Below, in pieces: positions 18,486 to 27,498 of a stretch of DNA of 64,000 bases. Origin of the DNA: Parcubacteria group bacterium (GTDB lineage: Bacteria; Patescibacteriota; Minisyncoccia; Moranbacterales; UBA2206); the NCBI GenBank assembly GCA_041659505.1, contig JBAZYF010000004.1, positions 78,922 through 142,921 on the forward strand, read 5' to 3'. How positions within the stretch are numbered: position 1 is the stretch's first letter; the number at the start of each line of letters is the position of its first letter. The notes under the pieces were generated by a model. It did not search any database, was not told the origin of the DNA, and worked only from the letters and a program-made list of their open reading frames with translations. A program made the position numbers and the translations under genes.

Positions 18486-18577
18486 TCTGAACCACTGATT
18501 AGCACTGAGGGCACGTGATTTTACGTGAATAAAAATCAGTGAAATCAGGATAATCAGGTGCTAATCAGTGGTTCTGA
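18486..18577. mobile_element. MITE-like element, family C (20-bp TIR TCTGAACCACTGATTAGCAC, about 95 bp), between porD and porG
   Basis: Perfect inverted termini. Internal CACGTGATT/AATCAGTGAAATCAGG motifs shared with copies at 23697, 24850 and 50431. Confidence 0.8.
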
Positions 18578-18578
18578 T

Positions 18579-19148
18579 TTATATTGCGTCGTACGCCTTC
18601 TCAATCGCCAGGATATTTTTTTCACAATTCTCTTTGCCGATCTTATCTTCAAAAATTTTGCGGAATTCTTCCAAGATGCTTGCCAATTTCACGATTTCCG
18701 TCACTTTGATGATTTTCCCCAAGATTACTGTGTTCGGCCTGGGTTGCCCGACAATCGCCATAGAAATTCCATTAGCGTCGACGGCGTGAATTTTTCCTTC
18801 AAAACGGATAATATCTCTGATTTCGTGCGGATGTTTAGTAGAATTAATAATCAGTGCTTCATTCTTGTCCAAGCCTTCCGTCACCTTTTGACTCTCCAAA
18901 AGTGTATCATCCAAAACCACAACCACATCCGGATCAACTACCGGTTCTTTGGTGCGAATCGGTTTGTCAGAAATGCGCAAATAAGTCTTGGTCGGCGCAC
19001 CGCTCCGCTCAGGACCAAAATTGGGAAAAGTTTGCACGAAATTGCCTTCAGCAACCGCTGCCTGCGCAATAATTTCCGCGGCCGTCTTCGCCCCTTGCCC
19101 ACCCCGCGCAAAAAAGATAATCTCCATTGTGTCTTTATGATATTTCAT
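18579..19148 (-). CDS. porG: Pyruvate/ketoisovalerate ferredoxin oxidoreductase gamma subunit
   Basis: MEIIFFARGGQGAKTAAEI signature. Confidence 0.85.
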   Translation of the reverse strand: MKYHKDTMEIIFFARGGQGAKTAAEIIAQAAVAEGNFVQTFPNFGPERSGAPTKTYLRISDKPIRTKEPVVDPDVVVVLDDTLLESQKVTEGLDKNEALIINSTKHPHEIRDIIRFEGKIHAVDANGISMAIVGQPRPNTVILGKIIKVTEIVKLASILEEFRKIFEDKIGKENCEKNILAIEKAYDAI

Positions 19149-19185
19149 AGGATTAGTATAGCATAAAATTTAAATTGGTTGTAGA

Positions 19186-19315
19186 GACGAGGCATTGCCT
19201 CGTCTTGGCATTATTGGTTTATGCTCTAATATTGTTTGTTTTTTAGACGAGGTGGTGCCTCGTCTCTACAATTATTGCTAGGCACAAAAAAGACGCCCCA
19301 ACGGGGCGTCTCTAC
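19186..19315. repeat. Cluster of three GTAGAGACG-family hairpins. The last (AGACGCCCCAACGGGGCGTCT plus U-tract on the minus strand) is the probable terminator of the thioredoxin-fold gene.
   Basis: Hairpins at 19195-19216, 19244-19268 and 19291-19314. Outer arms GTAGAGACG (19191) / CGTCTCTAC (19261). Confidence 0.7.
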
Positions 19316-19335
19316 ATAAGCCTAATATTTATATT

Positions 19336-20391
19336 TTATTTTGCCAATTCCGCATCAATCGAAGTTTTTAGTTGATCATAGGAAACTGCGCCTTCTTGGA
19401 ACTGATCATTGACGAAAACGCCAGGTGTTCCGGAGATACCGAAACTTTCCGCTTCTTTTTTGTCAGCATCAATCATGTCTTGATGTTTTTTATTGTCCAA
19501 GCAATCATTGAATTTGCCACTATCTAGTTTCAAAACTCTGGCATATTCTTTGAATTTCGCCGTATCTTTTGTTGCTCCCCAGATAGTCTGATCAGCATAT
19601 AATTTGTCAGCATATTCCCAGAATTTTCCTTGATCCAAGGCGCAAGTTGCGGCCAATGCGGCGTTGTTGGCTTGCGGATGCGTGTCAGTCAGTGGATAGA
19701 ATTTATAATCAAAGGCAACGCGGTCGCCATAATTTTTGATCGCATCTTCCATTGCTTTGTGAAAAATCTTGCAATATGGACATTGGAAATCAGAATAAAC
19801 CACCACTTTCACCTTAGCATCTTTCGCTCCTGCTACCGCATCGCCATCATTTATTTTTGGAGTTGTGACATATTTACCGACTGGGATACCAATATCTCCG
19901 GTTCGCAAAGAATATTGATCACCTTTCTGATCAAAAAGCGTCTGCGCTTGAGCATAGAAATCAGTCTTCGCAACAGCACCATCAAAAACAAACGCGGGCA
20001 AAGTTTTAATGCCGAACTTATCAATCAGATCTTTTCCTTGATCGGATTTATAGTCCACTTTCTCGGTCGCGATGGTCGGTACGATCCGTCGCAGCCACAC
20101 CAAAACCTCAGAAACATTACATTTTTCACAAGAGTCATCATTGATCACGGACACTGTAACGGCCGGTTCGCTGTAAGCCACCCACGTTTTTCCGTTGGCT
20201 TCAAAAATATCTGATTTACTGAGATTTTTGGATGAAAAACCGCTCTTTTGCACAAGTTGGGCAGTGTCAATAAAAAGGCTGCCGAGGAACATTCCCAAAA
20301 GTAAAATGACGGCAGAAATTAAATTTTGCTGCTTTTTTTTCTGCTCCGCCTTTTCGTCAGCTTCTAGCTCTTTTTGCATATCATCTTCCAT
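19336..20391 (-). CDS. Membrane-anchored tandem thioredoxin-fold (DsbA-like) thiol-disulfide oxidoreductase
   Basis: N-terminal TM helix. Two CxxC motifs (CEKC, CPYC) in DsbA-like contexts. Confidence 0.65.
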   Translation of the reverse strand: MEDDMQKELEADEKAEQKKKQQNLISAVILLLGMFLGSLFIDTAQLVQKSGFSSKNLSKSDIFEANGKTWVAYSEPAVTVSVINDDSCEKCNVSEVLVWLRRIVPTIATEKVDYKSDQGKDLIDKFGIKTLPAFVFDGAVAKTDFYAQAQTLFDQKGDQYSLRTGDIGIPVGKYVTTPKINDGDAVAGAKDAKVKVVVYSDFQCPYCKIFHKAMEDAIKNYGDRVAFDYKFYPLTDTHPQANNAALAATCALDQGKFWEYADKLYADQTIWGATKDTAKFKEYARVLKLDSGKFNDCLDNKKHQDMIDADKKEAESFGISGTPGVFVNDQFQEGAVSYDQLKTSIDAELAK

Positions 20392-20427
20392 AAAGTTGAA
20401 TTAGGATTGATTATTATTTAAAAAAAA

Positions 20428-20922
20428 TTAAATTCCCGTTGAGTTACTTACTGCTCCGCCTTGATCAGATTGCCCATCAGTATCAACAGGTGCGCTTCCT
20501 GGGTCTGCCGTATTACCAGAATCATCCGTAGCGCCAGAGTCAGGCAGAGTTCCTTGCTGCTGAGTTTGCGCTTGCGTCGCGGCGTCTCTTTCTGCTTGCA
20601 ACTTCACCTGAACATCATTAATGTTATAACTCTGCGATTTAATCTTCATTAGATAATCATCATAGCCAATCGTGATTTTTTTAAGTGCCTCAGTTTTGAG
20701 TGCGATGCCGATGAGAAATCCTAAAACAAAAACCAACATCAGACGTGAACGAAATTCTGATTTAGTTTTTTTAGCAACGTCTTCTTCATCCAATTCGTCC
20801 AATCCAACAAAAGCATCTTCCGGTTTTTCTACATTCTCAGTTATATCCTTTTGCACACCATTATTTACAGTCCCAGAAACGATTTGCGCTTCCTGAATCT
20901 TACCCTCTTCGTTAGTTTCCAT
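20428..20922 (-). CDS. Hypothetical acidic membrane-anchored protein
   Basis: ORF with one TM helix and low-complexity acidic/Gln-rich tail. No recognisable family. Confidence 0.4.
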   Translation of the reverse strand: METNEEGKIQEAQIVSGTVNNGVQKDITENVEKPEDAFVGLDELDEEDVAKKTKSEFRSRLMLVFVLGFLIGIALKTEALKKITIGYDDYLMKIKSQSYNINDVQVKLQAERDAATQAQTQQQGTLPDSGATDDSGNTADPGSAPVDTDGQSDQGGAVSNSTGI

Positions 20923-20936
20923 AATTTTCAGTCCAT

Positions 20937-21103
20937 GTCATTCCCGCAAAGGCGGGAATCCAGGTTCCACTAGTTTTAAATTTTAGAAAACCGAATTATA
21001 AATCTTCTAGCTTTTTATTATATAAAGTTTATTTCAAAATAATTTGTTTTATCGATATTTTTAGCCTGAGGTGCCTGGATCCCCGCCTTCGCGGGGATGA
21101 CAC
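20937..21103. mobile_element. MITE-like element, family A, copy 3
   Basis: TIRs GTCATTCCCGCAAAGGCGGGAATCCAGGTTCC / GGTGCCTGGATCCCCGCCTTCGCGGGGATGACAC. Confidence 0.8.
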
Positions 21104-21188
21104 ATTAAGATTTCCTTTTTAGCAGTCTACCACAAACAAAAAAGCGCTACAACTTGCGCTTTTTGGGATTTATTGTGTAATTTTATTC

Positions 21189-22442
21189 CTAATCTTTCCT
21201 GAGCGCCTCCATCGGACTGAGCCGTGAAGCGGCGCGGGCGGGATAGTAGCCAAAAACTACACCAGTTGCCACGGAAAATCCAACAGCCAGGCTAATTGAG
21301 CTCACACTCAGGCCAAAGTTAATCGCAAAACCGAACGATGCGACGATGTAGGATAGCAATAGCAATAGTAGATAACCTAAAATTATTCCCACGAGGCCAC
21401 CGAAAAAGGTGATGAAAATCGCTTCCCAAAGAAACTGGCGCAAAATATTTTTCGCTTTGGCGCCAACCGCTTTTCGCAGACCGATCTCGAAGGTGCGCTC
21501 CGTTACTGCCACATACATCACATTCATAATTCCCACACCGCCCACCACCAGAGAAATCGAAGTCAGTGCCAAGAGTAAAATATTGATCGTGCTAAACACA
21601 CTGGCAATCGTCGCCTGCGCTTCTTTGATGGAAGTTACACCAAAATCATCCTTGTTCGGGTCAGTGATTTTATGCAGTCGTCGCATCTCATCCGTTAGAT
21701 CGGCCACAGTCACATCAATCATTTTTTCGTCCTTGACTTTGACCATGATAAAACGGACATAATCAATACCGAGCAGTTTTTTTTGCATCGTCTGCACCGG
21801 AACATAAATCAAATCGTCATAGTTGAAACCCGCCACCGCTCCCCGCTCAGAAGCCAAGCCCACCACCTTATAGTTTTGGTTACTAATGCGGATATTTTTC
21901 CCCAACGGATCATCCGAACCAAAAAAAGCATCGCGAATATTGCTACCAATTACGGCCACTTGCGCCAAACTCTCATCATCACTCTGCGAAAAAAATGCGC
22001 CTTCGGACAGTTTCGTACTTTGATCAATTTGATTATACTGCGCTCCGACACCAAACAGAAAAACGCGTTTATTGGTATTTTGATAGGTGGCTAATTCTTG
22101 CGTCATTGTGCCTGGGGCAGATGCAGCAATATTAGGCAATTTGGCAATATCTTTCGCATCATCAATTGTCATCGTCGTAATCTGAATTCCCGTTGCTTGA
22201 CCAACTGCATTTTGCGTCGACGCCTTTCCCGTCGCCGGCACTTTTACTTCGATCTGAATCAGATCCGTTCCGAAGGCACCAACTTGATCTAAAATAAAAT
22301 TTTTCACACCCTGCCCCAACGAGCTCACCAAAATCACAGCAATCACACCAATCACCACTCCAACCAAAGTCAAAATCGTCCGCCCTAGATTAGAGCGAAG
22401 ATTTTTGAAGGCTAGTTTGATTGAAATGATTAGTTCATGCAT
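21189..22442 (-). CDS. ABC transporter permease, MacB/FtsX family
   Basis: N-terminal TM, large periplasmic domain, C-terminal FtsX 3-TM bundle. Conserved end PMEALR. Confidence 0.85.
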   Translation of the reverse strand: MHELIISIKLAFKNLRSNLGRTILTLVGVVIGVIAVILVSSLGQGVKNFILDQVGAFGTDLIQIEVKVPATGKASTQNAVGQATGIQITTMTIDDAKDIAKLPNIAASAPGTMTQELATYQNTNKRVFLFGVGAQYNQIDQSTKLSEGAFFSQSDDESLAQVAVIGSNIRDAFFGSDDPLGKNIRISNQNYKVVGLASERGAVAGFNYDDLIYVPVQTMQKKLLGIDYVRFIMVKVKDEKMIDVTVADLTDEMRRLHKITDPNKDDFGVTSIKEAQATIASVFSTINILLLALTSISLVVGGVGIMNVMYVAVTERTFEIGLRKAVGAKAKNILRQFLWEAIFITFFGGLVGIILGYLLLLLLSYIVASFGFAINFGLSVSSISLAVGFSVATGVVFGYYPARAASRLSPMEALRKD

Positions 22443-22450
22443 AAAAAATA

Positions 22451-23692
22451 TTACTCATATCTAAGTGCTTCCATCGGACTTATTTTTGATGCTTTGCGGG
22501 CAGGGTAGATTCCAAAAATTAGTCCAATCGCAACTGAGACAGATGTGGCCAGGAGCATTGAACTGAGCGTGACGATAAATTCCCAGTCGTAGCCGAGACT
22601 TTTTATGATAACGGCTGCTAAAAATGAAACAAATATGCCAAAAATGATCCCCAGGATTCCGCCGATCAGTGTGATGAAAATCGCTTCGATCAAAAACTGA
22701 GAGATGATGTGCACATTTCTGGCACCGACTGCTTTTCGCAAACCTACTTCCCGCACCCGCTGATTGACCGAGATAAGCATAATATTCATAATTCCCACTC
22801 CGCCAACAACAAGTGAAATGGCCGCAACAGCGGTGAGAAAATATTTGAGCACATTAGTTACGGTCGTAAGCGTCTCAACTGCTTGAGCGCTGTTGCGCAC
22901 AGAAAAATCATCACTGGCATCGGCTTTAATCCGGTGTTGTTCACGCAAGGTCGTTTTAACATCCGCCACGGCGCGATCAAGATTGTCCTTGGAATCAACT
23001 TTGATGCGCATAAAGTTGAGATAATCGATTCCGAGCAATAACTTTTGCCCAGTAAAAAGCGGGACGTAAATCATATCATCCGTGTTAGAAAAACCGACCG
23101 ACCCTCGCTCTGCCAAAACTCCAACTACCGTCAGATTCACATCTTTCAAAGTGAACGTTTTCCCAATCGGATCGACATTCGGAAAAAGATCATGTACGCG
23201 ATTCGATCCCAGCACGGCAACATGTGCCAAATTCGTATCTTCATCTTTCATAAAAAATCGTCCAGCTTGCAATTTAATATCTTCAACATCCAAGAGACTG
23301 GATGAAACGCCTTGATAGCTGGTCTGATATGAGCCATTGGCATTTTTGACCGTGGCTGATCCACTGACATAAGCGACAGCATCGACCAAATTCGGTACAT
23401 TGCGTTTTTGTTCCAAGGCGACCAGATCAGCATATTTCAAAGTGGTCACTACAATTCCCATCGCCGACGCTGGTGGACCTTTTTCGTCTGAGGCACCAGG
23501 CAAAACTCCGATCAAATTCGATCCGACACCAGAAACTTGATTGAGAATCAATTTTTGCGCACTCCCACCAATTGCCATCACCACAATTACCGAGGCAATA
23601 CCGATAATGATTCCCAGAATCGTCAAAAAAGAGCGGAGCTTGGCCGCCAACAAATATTTCGCTGAAATTTTAATGGGAGAATATATATTCAT
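22451..23692 (-). CDS. ABC transporter permease, MacB/FtsX family (paralog)
   Basis: Same architecture. Ends PMEALRYE. Confidence 0.85.
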   Translation of the reverse strand: MNIYSPIKISAKYLLAAKLRSFLTILGIIIGIASVIVVMAIGGSAQKLILNQVSGVGSNLIGVLPGASDEKGPPASAMGIVVTTLKYADLVALEQKRNVPNLVDAVAYVSGSATVKNANGSYQTSYQGVSSSLLDVEDIKLQAGRFFMKDEDTNLAHVAVLGSNRVHDLFPNVDPIGKTFTLKDVNLTVVGVLAERGSVGFSNTDDMIYVPLFTGQKLLLGIDYLNFMRIKVDSKDNLDRAVADVKTTLREQHRIKADASDDFSVRNSAQAVETLTTVTNVLKYFLTAVAAISLVVGGVGIMNIMLISVNQRVREVGLRKAVGARNVHIISQFLIEAIFITLIGGILGIIFGIFVSFLAAVIIKSLGYDWEFIVTLSSMLLATSVSVAIGLIFGIYPARKASKISPMEALRYE

Positions 23693-23696
23693 AAAG

Positions 23697-23797
23697 TCTG
23701 AACCACAAGATTAGCACTGATTTTCCTGATTGCACGTGATTATGGTTTTTAAAATTCAGTGAAATCAAGTGTAATCAGTGATAATCAGTGGTTCTGA
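23697..23797. mobile_element. MITE-like element, family C, copy 2 (between the ABC ATPase and permease genes)
   Basis: TIR TCTGAACCAC...GTGATAATCAGTGGTTCTGA. Confidence 0.8.
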
Positions 23798-24526
23798 TTA
23801 TTTCAATAACTCATTCTCTCCATCCGCAATCCGCCGATGCTTCACCGGGTCATCAGCAATAATACTGCCGTCTTTGACGTAGATAATACGTTTGGCGTGT
23901 TCGGCAGTATATGTTTCATGCGTGACTAAAATTACGGTATGTCCTGTGTCATTCAGTTTTTGTAAAATCCGCATCACCTGGAGGCCGGATTTCGAGTCCA
24001 AGTTCCCTGTCGGTTCATCAGCAAAAATCACTTCCGGATCATTGACCAGCGCCCGCGCAATTGCCACGCGTTGCTTTTCGCCGCCCGAGAGTTGATTGGA
24101 AAAATATTTCGCGCGATGCTCCATCCCAACAGCCAACAGCGCATCCATCACTTTTTTTTCATTGCTTTTTCCCGGCTTTTCATCATAGAGCAAGGGCAAC
24201 TCCACATTTTCAAAAACCGAAGTGCGAGAAAGTAAATTAAAAGATTGAAAAACAAAACCAATCTTTTTGTTCCGGATTTTCGCCAACGTATCATCATCGA
24301 AAGAAAAAGTGTCACGTCCTTCAAAAAAATATTTCCCTTCCGTCGGCCGGTCAAGTAGTCCCAAAATTTGCATCAAAGTCGATTTACCGGAACCGGACGG
24401 ACCCATGATGGAAATAAATTCCCCTTTTTGAATTTCAAAGGTCGCGCCACAAAGCGCCCGCGTTTCCACGCCTTCACTGGAATAAGTTTTACAAAGATTT
24501 TGAACTTGAATTAGGGGGTTTGACAT
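23798..24526 (-). CDS. ABC transporter ATP-binding protein (MacB/LolD-type)
   Basis: Walker A GPSGSGKST. Signature LSGGEKQRVAIARAL. Walker B IFADEPTGNLD. Confidence 0.9.
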   Translation of the reverse strand: MSNPLIQVQNLCKTYSSEGVETRALCGATFEIQKGEFISIMGPSGSGKSTLMQILGLLDRPTEGKYFFEGRDTFSFDDDTLAKIRNKKIGFVFQSFNLLSRTSVFENVELPLLYDEKPGKSNEKKVMDALLAVGMEHRAKYFSNQLSGGEKQRVAIARALVNDPEVIFADEPTGNLDSKSGLQVMRILQKLNDTGHTVILVTHETYTAEHAKRIIYVKDGSIIADDPVKHRRIADGENELLK

Positions 24527-24605
24527 AAAAAATGATTAGACTATTATGAAGTCAAGGGGAAAGTTGTTTTAACACAAACACAAACTAAGGTGAAGGAGGT
24601 AATCT

Positions 24606-24767
24606 ATGCCTGGCGTAATCTTCTACATCAAAGACAGAGGGGGGAAAGATGGCATTCCAGAAACTCCGCAATGGCCACACGGTGCATATAATATTCCTAC
24701 CGTTGCGGAAAAATCAAACGACGACAGGTCAAATCAAAATGACCCGCAAAAATCAACGCACCAATAA
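24606..24767 (+). CDS. Candidate 53-aa small protein with a consensus Shine-Dalgarno (AAGGAGGT, 5-nt spacer), on the strand opposite to all neighbours
   Basis: ATG at 24606 preceded by AAGGAGGT. No homology recognisable. Not in the ORF track (under 60 aa). Confidence 0.25.
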   Translation: MPGVIFYIKDRGGKDGIPETPQWPHGAYNIPTVAEKSNDDRSNQNDPQKSTHQ

Positions 24768-24849
24768 CCGTCGCCCAATAGCGACAAGAGCATATCCATG
24801 CGTCAGCAAAAAATTGCTACGAACAACATGGATGTGCTTTTTCTTTTTG

Positions 24850-24947
24850 TCTGAACCACTGATTCTCACTGAGTGCACGTGATTTCACTGAATTTAGAAT
24901 TCAATCATGTGTAATCAGTAAAATCATGTGCTAATCAGTGGTTCTGA
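24850..24947. mobile_element. MITE-like element, family C, copy 3 (between the adaptor and ATPase genes)
   Basis: TIR TCTGAACCACTGATT...AATCAGTGGTTCTGA. Confidence 0.8.
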
Positions 24948-24950
24948 TAA

Positions 24951-26264
24951 TTAGACCGCTTTTGTAAAAGTAACCACTTTGTCCCCGGCGTTCAGGCCAG
25001 ATTTCACTTCCACCATTCCCCCATCACCCTCGAGACCGGTAGTAATTTTCACTTCTTGTGTCGTGTTGTCCGCTTTCAAAACATCTACGAATTTTTCCCC
25101 ATTCACAATTTTAATTGCGCGCAGAGGAATCATCAGTGCGTCCGCCTTGTCATTCGTCTTAACATCGATGTTCGCGCTCATGCCAACCTTCAACCGTTGA
25201 TCAAAATTTGCCAGTCTCAACTTAACTCCATAATAAACCACATCTTGAATGACGGTTTCGGCCGGATCGATCTGGATTAATTCCGCATCAAAATTTGTGT
25301 CCGCCGGAAGCGCATCGAAAGTGATATTTGCCTTTTGCCCCAACTTCAATTTTACGATGTCCGATTCGGGGATATTTGATTCAATGATAAAATCATCAGT
25401 GATGATGCGCGCGAAAGATTCCTTGATCACGCCAGTGCCCAAGATTTCTCCCACCTTATTGTTCACCTCAACAATCGTTCCAGAGACAGGCGCTTTGAGC
25501 ACGGCCTTGGACAGATCATTAAGTGCCACTTCATATCCGGCTTTCGCACTATTTACCTGAGCATTCTTCGAATCACGTGTAAAGTCCGACTGAGTCGTTT
25601 TGAGCCTGGCTTTCGCCGCATCGACAGAATTTTCCGCCTGCGTAACTGAAAGATCACGAGATTTTTTGGCCGTATCGAGAGCTTCCTGAGCTGATTCCTT
25701 AGCATTAAGCGCTTGAGTCAAGGTCAATTTATTGGCCTTACTCGGAGTATCGTCATAAAAAGCCTGCGCGTCGTCATAGTAATCCTTAGCATTGGAATAG
25801 GCGGAATCTGCCGCGTCGACTTGTTGCTTTTGCAGATCTTTTGTGTCATCCAAGCTGTTTTCCGCATTATCAACCGCCACCTGAGCTTCGCGAACTGCAT
25901 CATTATTTGAGCCTGCATCGGCAGTGGCTTTGTCCAGTGCCGCTTTCGCCTGAGCAACTTGCCCAGACAGATCTGTGCTGTCCAGCATCGCGATCGAATC
26001 ACCAATCGCTACCTTGTCGCCTTTTTTGACATATATCTTACTGATCCTACCGCCCAATTCAAAATTGAGCACAATCTCTGAATCATCTTTCAGATCCCCA
26101 GTCGCAGAAACTGTTTGCGCCAAATTACCCCTCTCCACTGTCGCGGTCGTATATTCAACTTTTGGCTTTTTAGACCGCGCGTAGAAAAAGTAGCCAACAG
26201 CAATAATCAGTATGAGTATAAATGCAATGGTTTTTTTGTATTTTAGCATCTTTTTTAGTCTCAC
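24951..26264 (-). CDS. Periplasmic adaptor subunit (HlyD/MacA family) with a long coiled coil
   Basis: N-terminal TM helix. Biotinyl-lipoyl-like and beta-barrel segments flanking an approximately 150-aa coiled coil. First gene of a macA-macB-like operon. Confidence 0.8.
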   Translation of the reverse strand: MRLKKMLKYKKTIAFILILIIAVGYFFYARSKKPKVEYTTATVERGNLAQTVSATGDLKDDSEIVLNFELGGRISKIYVKKGDKVAIGDSIAMLDSTDLSGQVAQAKAALDKATADAGSNNDAVREAQVAVDNAENSLDDTKDLQKQQVDAADSAYSNAKDYYDDAQAFYDDTPSKANKLTLTQALNAKESAQEALDTAKKSRDLSVTQAENSVDAAKARLKTTQSDFTRDSKNAQVNSAKAGYEVALNDLSKAVLKAPVSGTIVEVNNKVGEILGTGVIKESFARIITDDFIIESNIPESDIVKLKLGQKANITFDALPADTNFDAELIQIDPAETVIQDVVYYGVKLRLANFDQRLKVGMSANIDVKTNDKADALMIPLRAIKIVNGEKFVDVLKADNTTQEVKITTGLEGDGGMVEVKSGLNAGDKVVTFTKAV

Positions 26265-26412
26265 TTCTCCCTTAGGGAGAAGGTGGCCGAAGGCCGGATG
26301 AGGGAGAAGCCTTTCTGTGTAGGAAAAACTTATTTTATAGATAGGTTACTGTTTATTTTTAGCCCTTTCCCTCACCTGTCCTCCGGACATCCTCTCCCTA
26401 AGGGAGAGGAGG
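26262..26412. mobile_element. MITE-like element, family E, copy 2
   Basis: TIRs CTTCTCCCTTAGGGAGAAGGTGGCC / CCTCTCCCTAAGGGAGAGGAGG. Confidence 0.7.
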
Positions 26413-26421
26413 AATTAAATT

Positions 26422-26859
26422 TTAGTTTTCATAATAACTTTTTTGAGTTTTTTCACAGTCTAGCGCCTGATTTACCAACGCATCGGCAACAGTATTTTTC
26501 TCCCTAGGTATATGATAGAACTTTACCGATTTAAAATCAAGCGTGAGATTCCATATTTCGATGAAATTTTTCTGAATATATTCCTCTTTCAACTTATATT
26601 CATGATTGAGTTGCTTGACGACCAATTCTGAGTCCAAATAACATTCAATGGTATATTGTCTAGCCTTGTCTTTGCCTAAAAGCTGTTTCAATTTTTTGAG
26701 ACCAAAAATTAGCGCGGCATATTCCGCCACATTGTTCGTAGCGACACCGATACACTCGCCGTATTTTTTATTTAGCGTTTCTATCCAGACGCCAATTCCA
26801 GCCTGACCAGGATTACCTCGCGATCCGCCATCGGTAAACATTACGATTTTTTCTGACAT
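26422..26859 (-). CDS. rnhA: Ribonuclease HI
   Basis: FTDGGSRGNPG...EYAAL... catalytic DEDD residues in RNase H order. Confidence 0.85.
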   Translation of the reverse strand: MSEKIVMFTDGGSRGNPGQAGIGVWIETLNKKYGECIGVATNNVAEYAALIFGLKKLKQLLGKDKARQYTIECYLDSELVVKQLNHEYKLKEEYIQKNFIEIWNLTLDFKSVKFYHIPREKNTVADALVNQALDCEKTQKSYYEN

Positions 26860-26863
26860 ATTT

Positions 26864-27493
26864 TTAGAAGTTTATGGTTAATAAGTCTTCCGGCCGATCA
26901 ATCAAAAAATCTGGCTGGAATTTTTGCAAAATTTGTTTCGCATTGAATCCATAGCTAACTGCCACGGAAGGAATCTGGCATTTTTTCGCTGCTTCAATAT
27001 CCCGCGTTTCATCCCCAACATTCAATGCTTCACTCGCTTCACAATTGAATTTTTGCAAAATTTTTCGCATCACTTTACTTTTTTCGAAAAGTCCGCATCC
27101 GCCATATACCCAATCAAACATATTTAAATTATGTTTTTGCAAAAAATAATCAACATTGACCTGAGAGTTAGCCGTCAAAAGACAAAGCGCGTAGCCCCTC
27201 TTTTTTAGTTCTAGAAGGGTTGTTTCCATTTTGGGAAAAAGTTCCACCTTGTCTATCTGCGTACCAAATTCTTTTCTTGCAGCGCGAATCACAAAAGGCA
27301 TTTTCCAAAAGGGCACATTCCATTTAGCTATAAGCTCCCGAGAAGAGAGATTGCGCAGACGATCCAGTTCATCCAGGGGCACTTTTTTGAGACCATACCT
27401 TTTGGAAATACTATTAAAGGCCGCGATAGCTAATTGAAAAGAGTCCACCAATGTGCCATCAAAATCAAAAATGATCAACTTTTTTTTAGCCAT
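26864..27493 (-). CDS. HAD-family hydrolase (phosphoglycolate-phosphatase-like)
   Basis: Motif I FDFDGTLVDS. Motif IV GDETRD. Confidence 0.8.
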   Translation of the reverse strand: MAKKKLIIFDFDGTLVDSFQLAIAAFNSISKRYGLKKVPLDELDRLRNLSSRELIAKWNVPFWKMPFVIRAARKEFGTQIDKVELFPKMETTLLELKKRGYALCLLTANSQVNVDYFLQKHNLNMFDWVYGGCGLFEKSKVMRKILQKFNCEASEALNVGDETRDIEAAKKCQIPSVAVSYGFNAKQILQKFQPDFLIDRPEDLLTINF

Positions 27494-27498
27494 AAAAT

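Noticed and set aside
24649-24882. 77-aa plus-strand ORF from the track in the macA-macB spacer
   Set aside because: It has no RBS, is basic and low-complexity, and runs into the family-C MITE. The overlapping SD-led 53-codon frame at 24606 is the better, still tentative, candidate.
18482-24950. Family-C elements as riboswitches or attenuators, because of their repeated CACGTG/AATCAG motifs
   Set aside because: The same element occurs between unrelated gene pairs (por, mac, glycolysis) with perfect 20-bp TIRs, which fits a mobile element better than a ligand-specific regulatory RNA.
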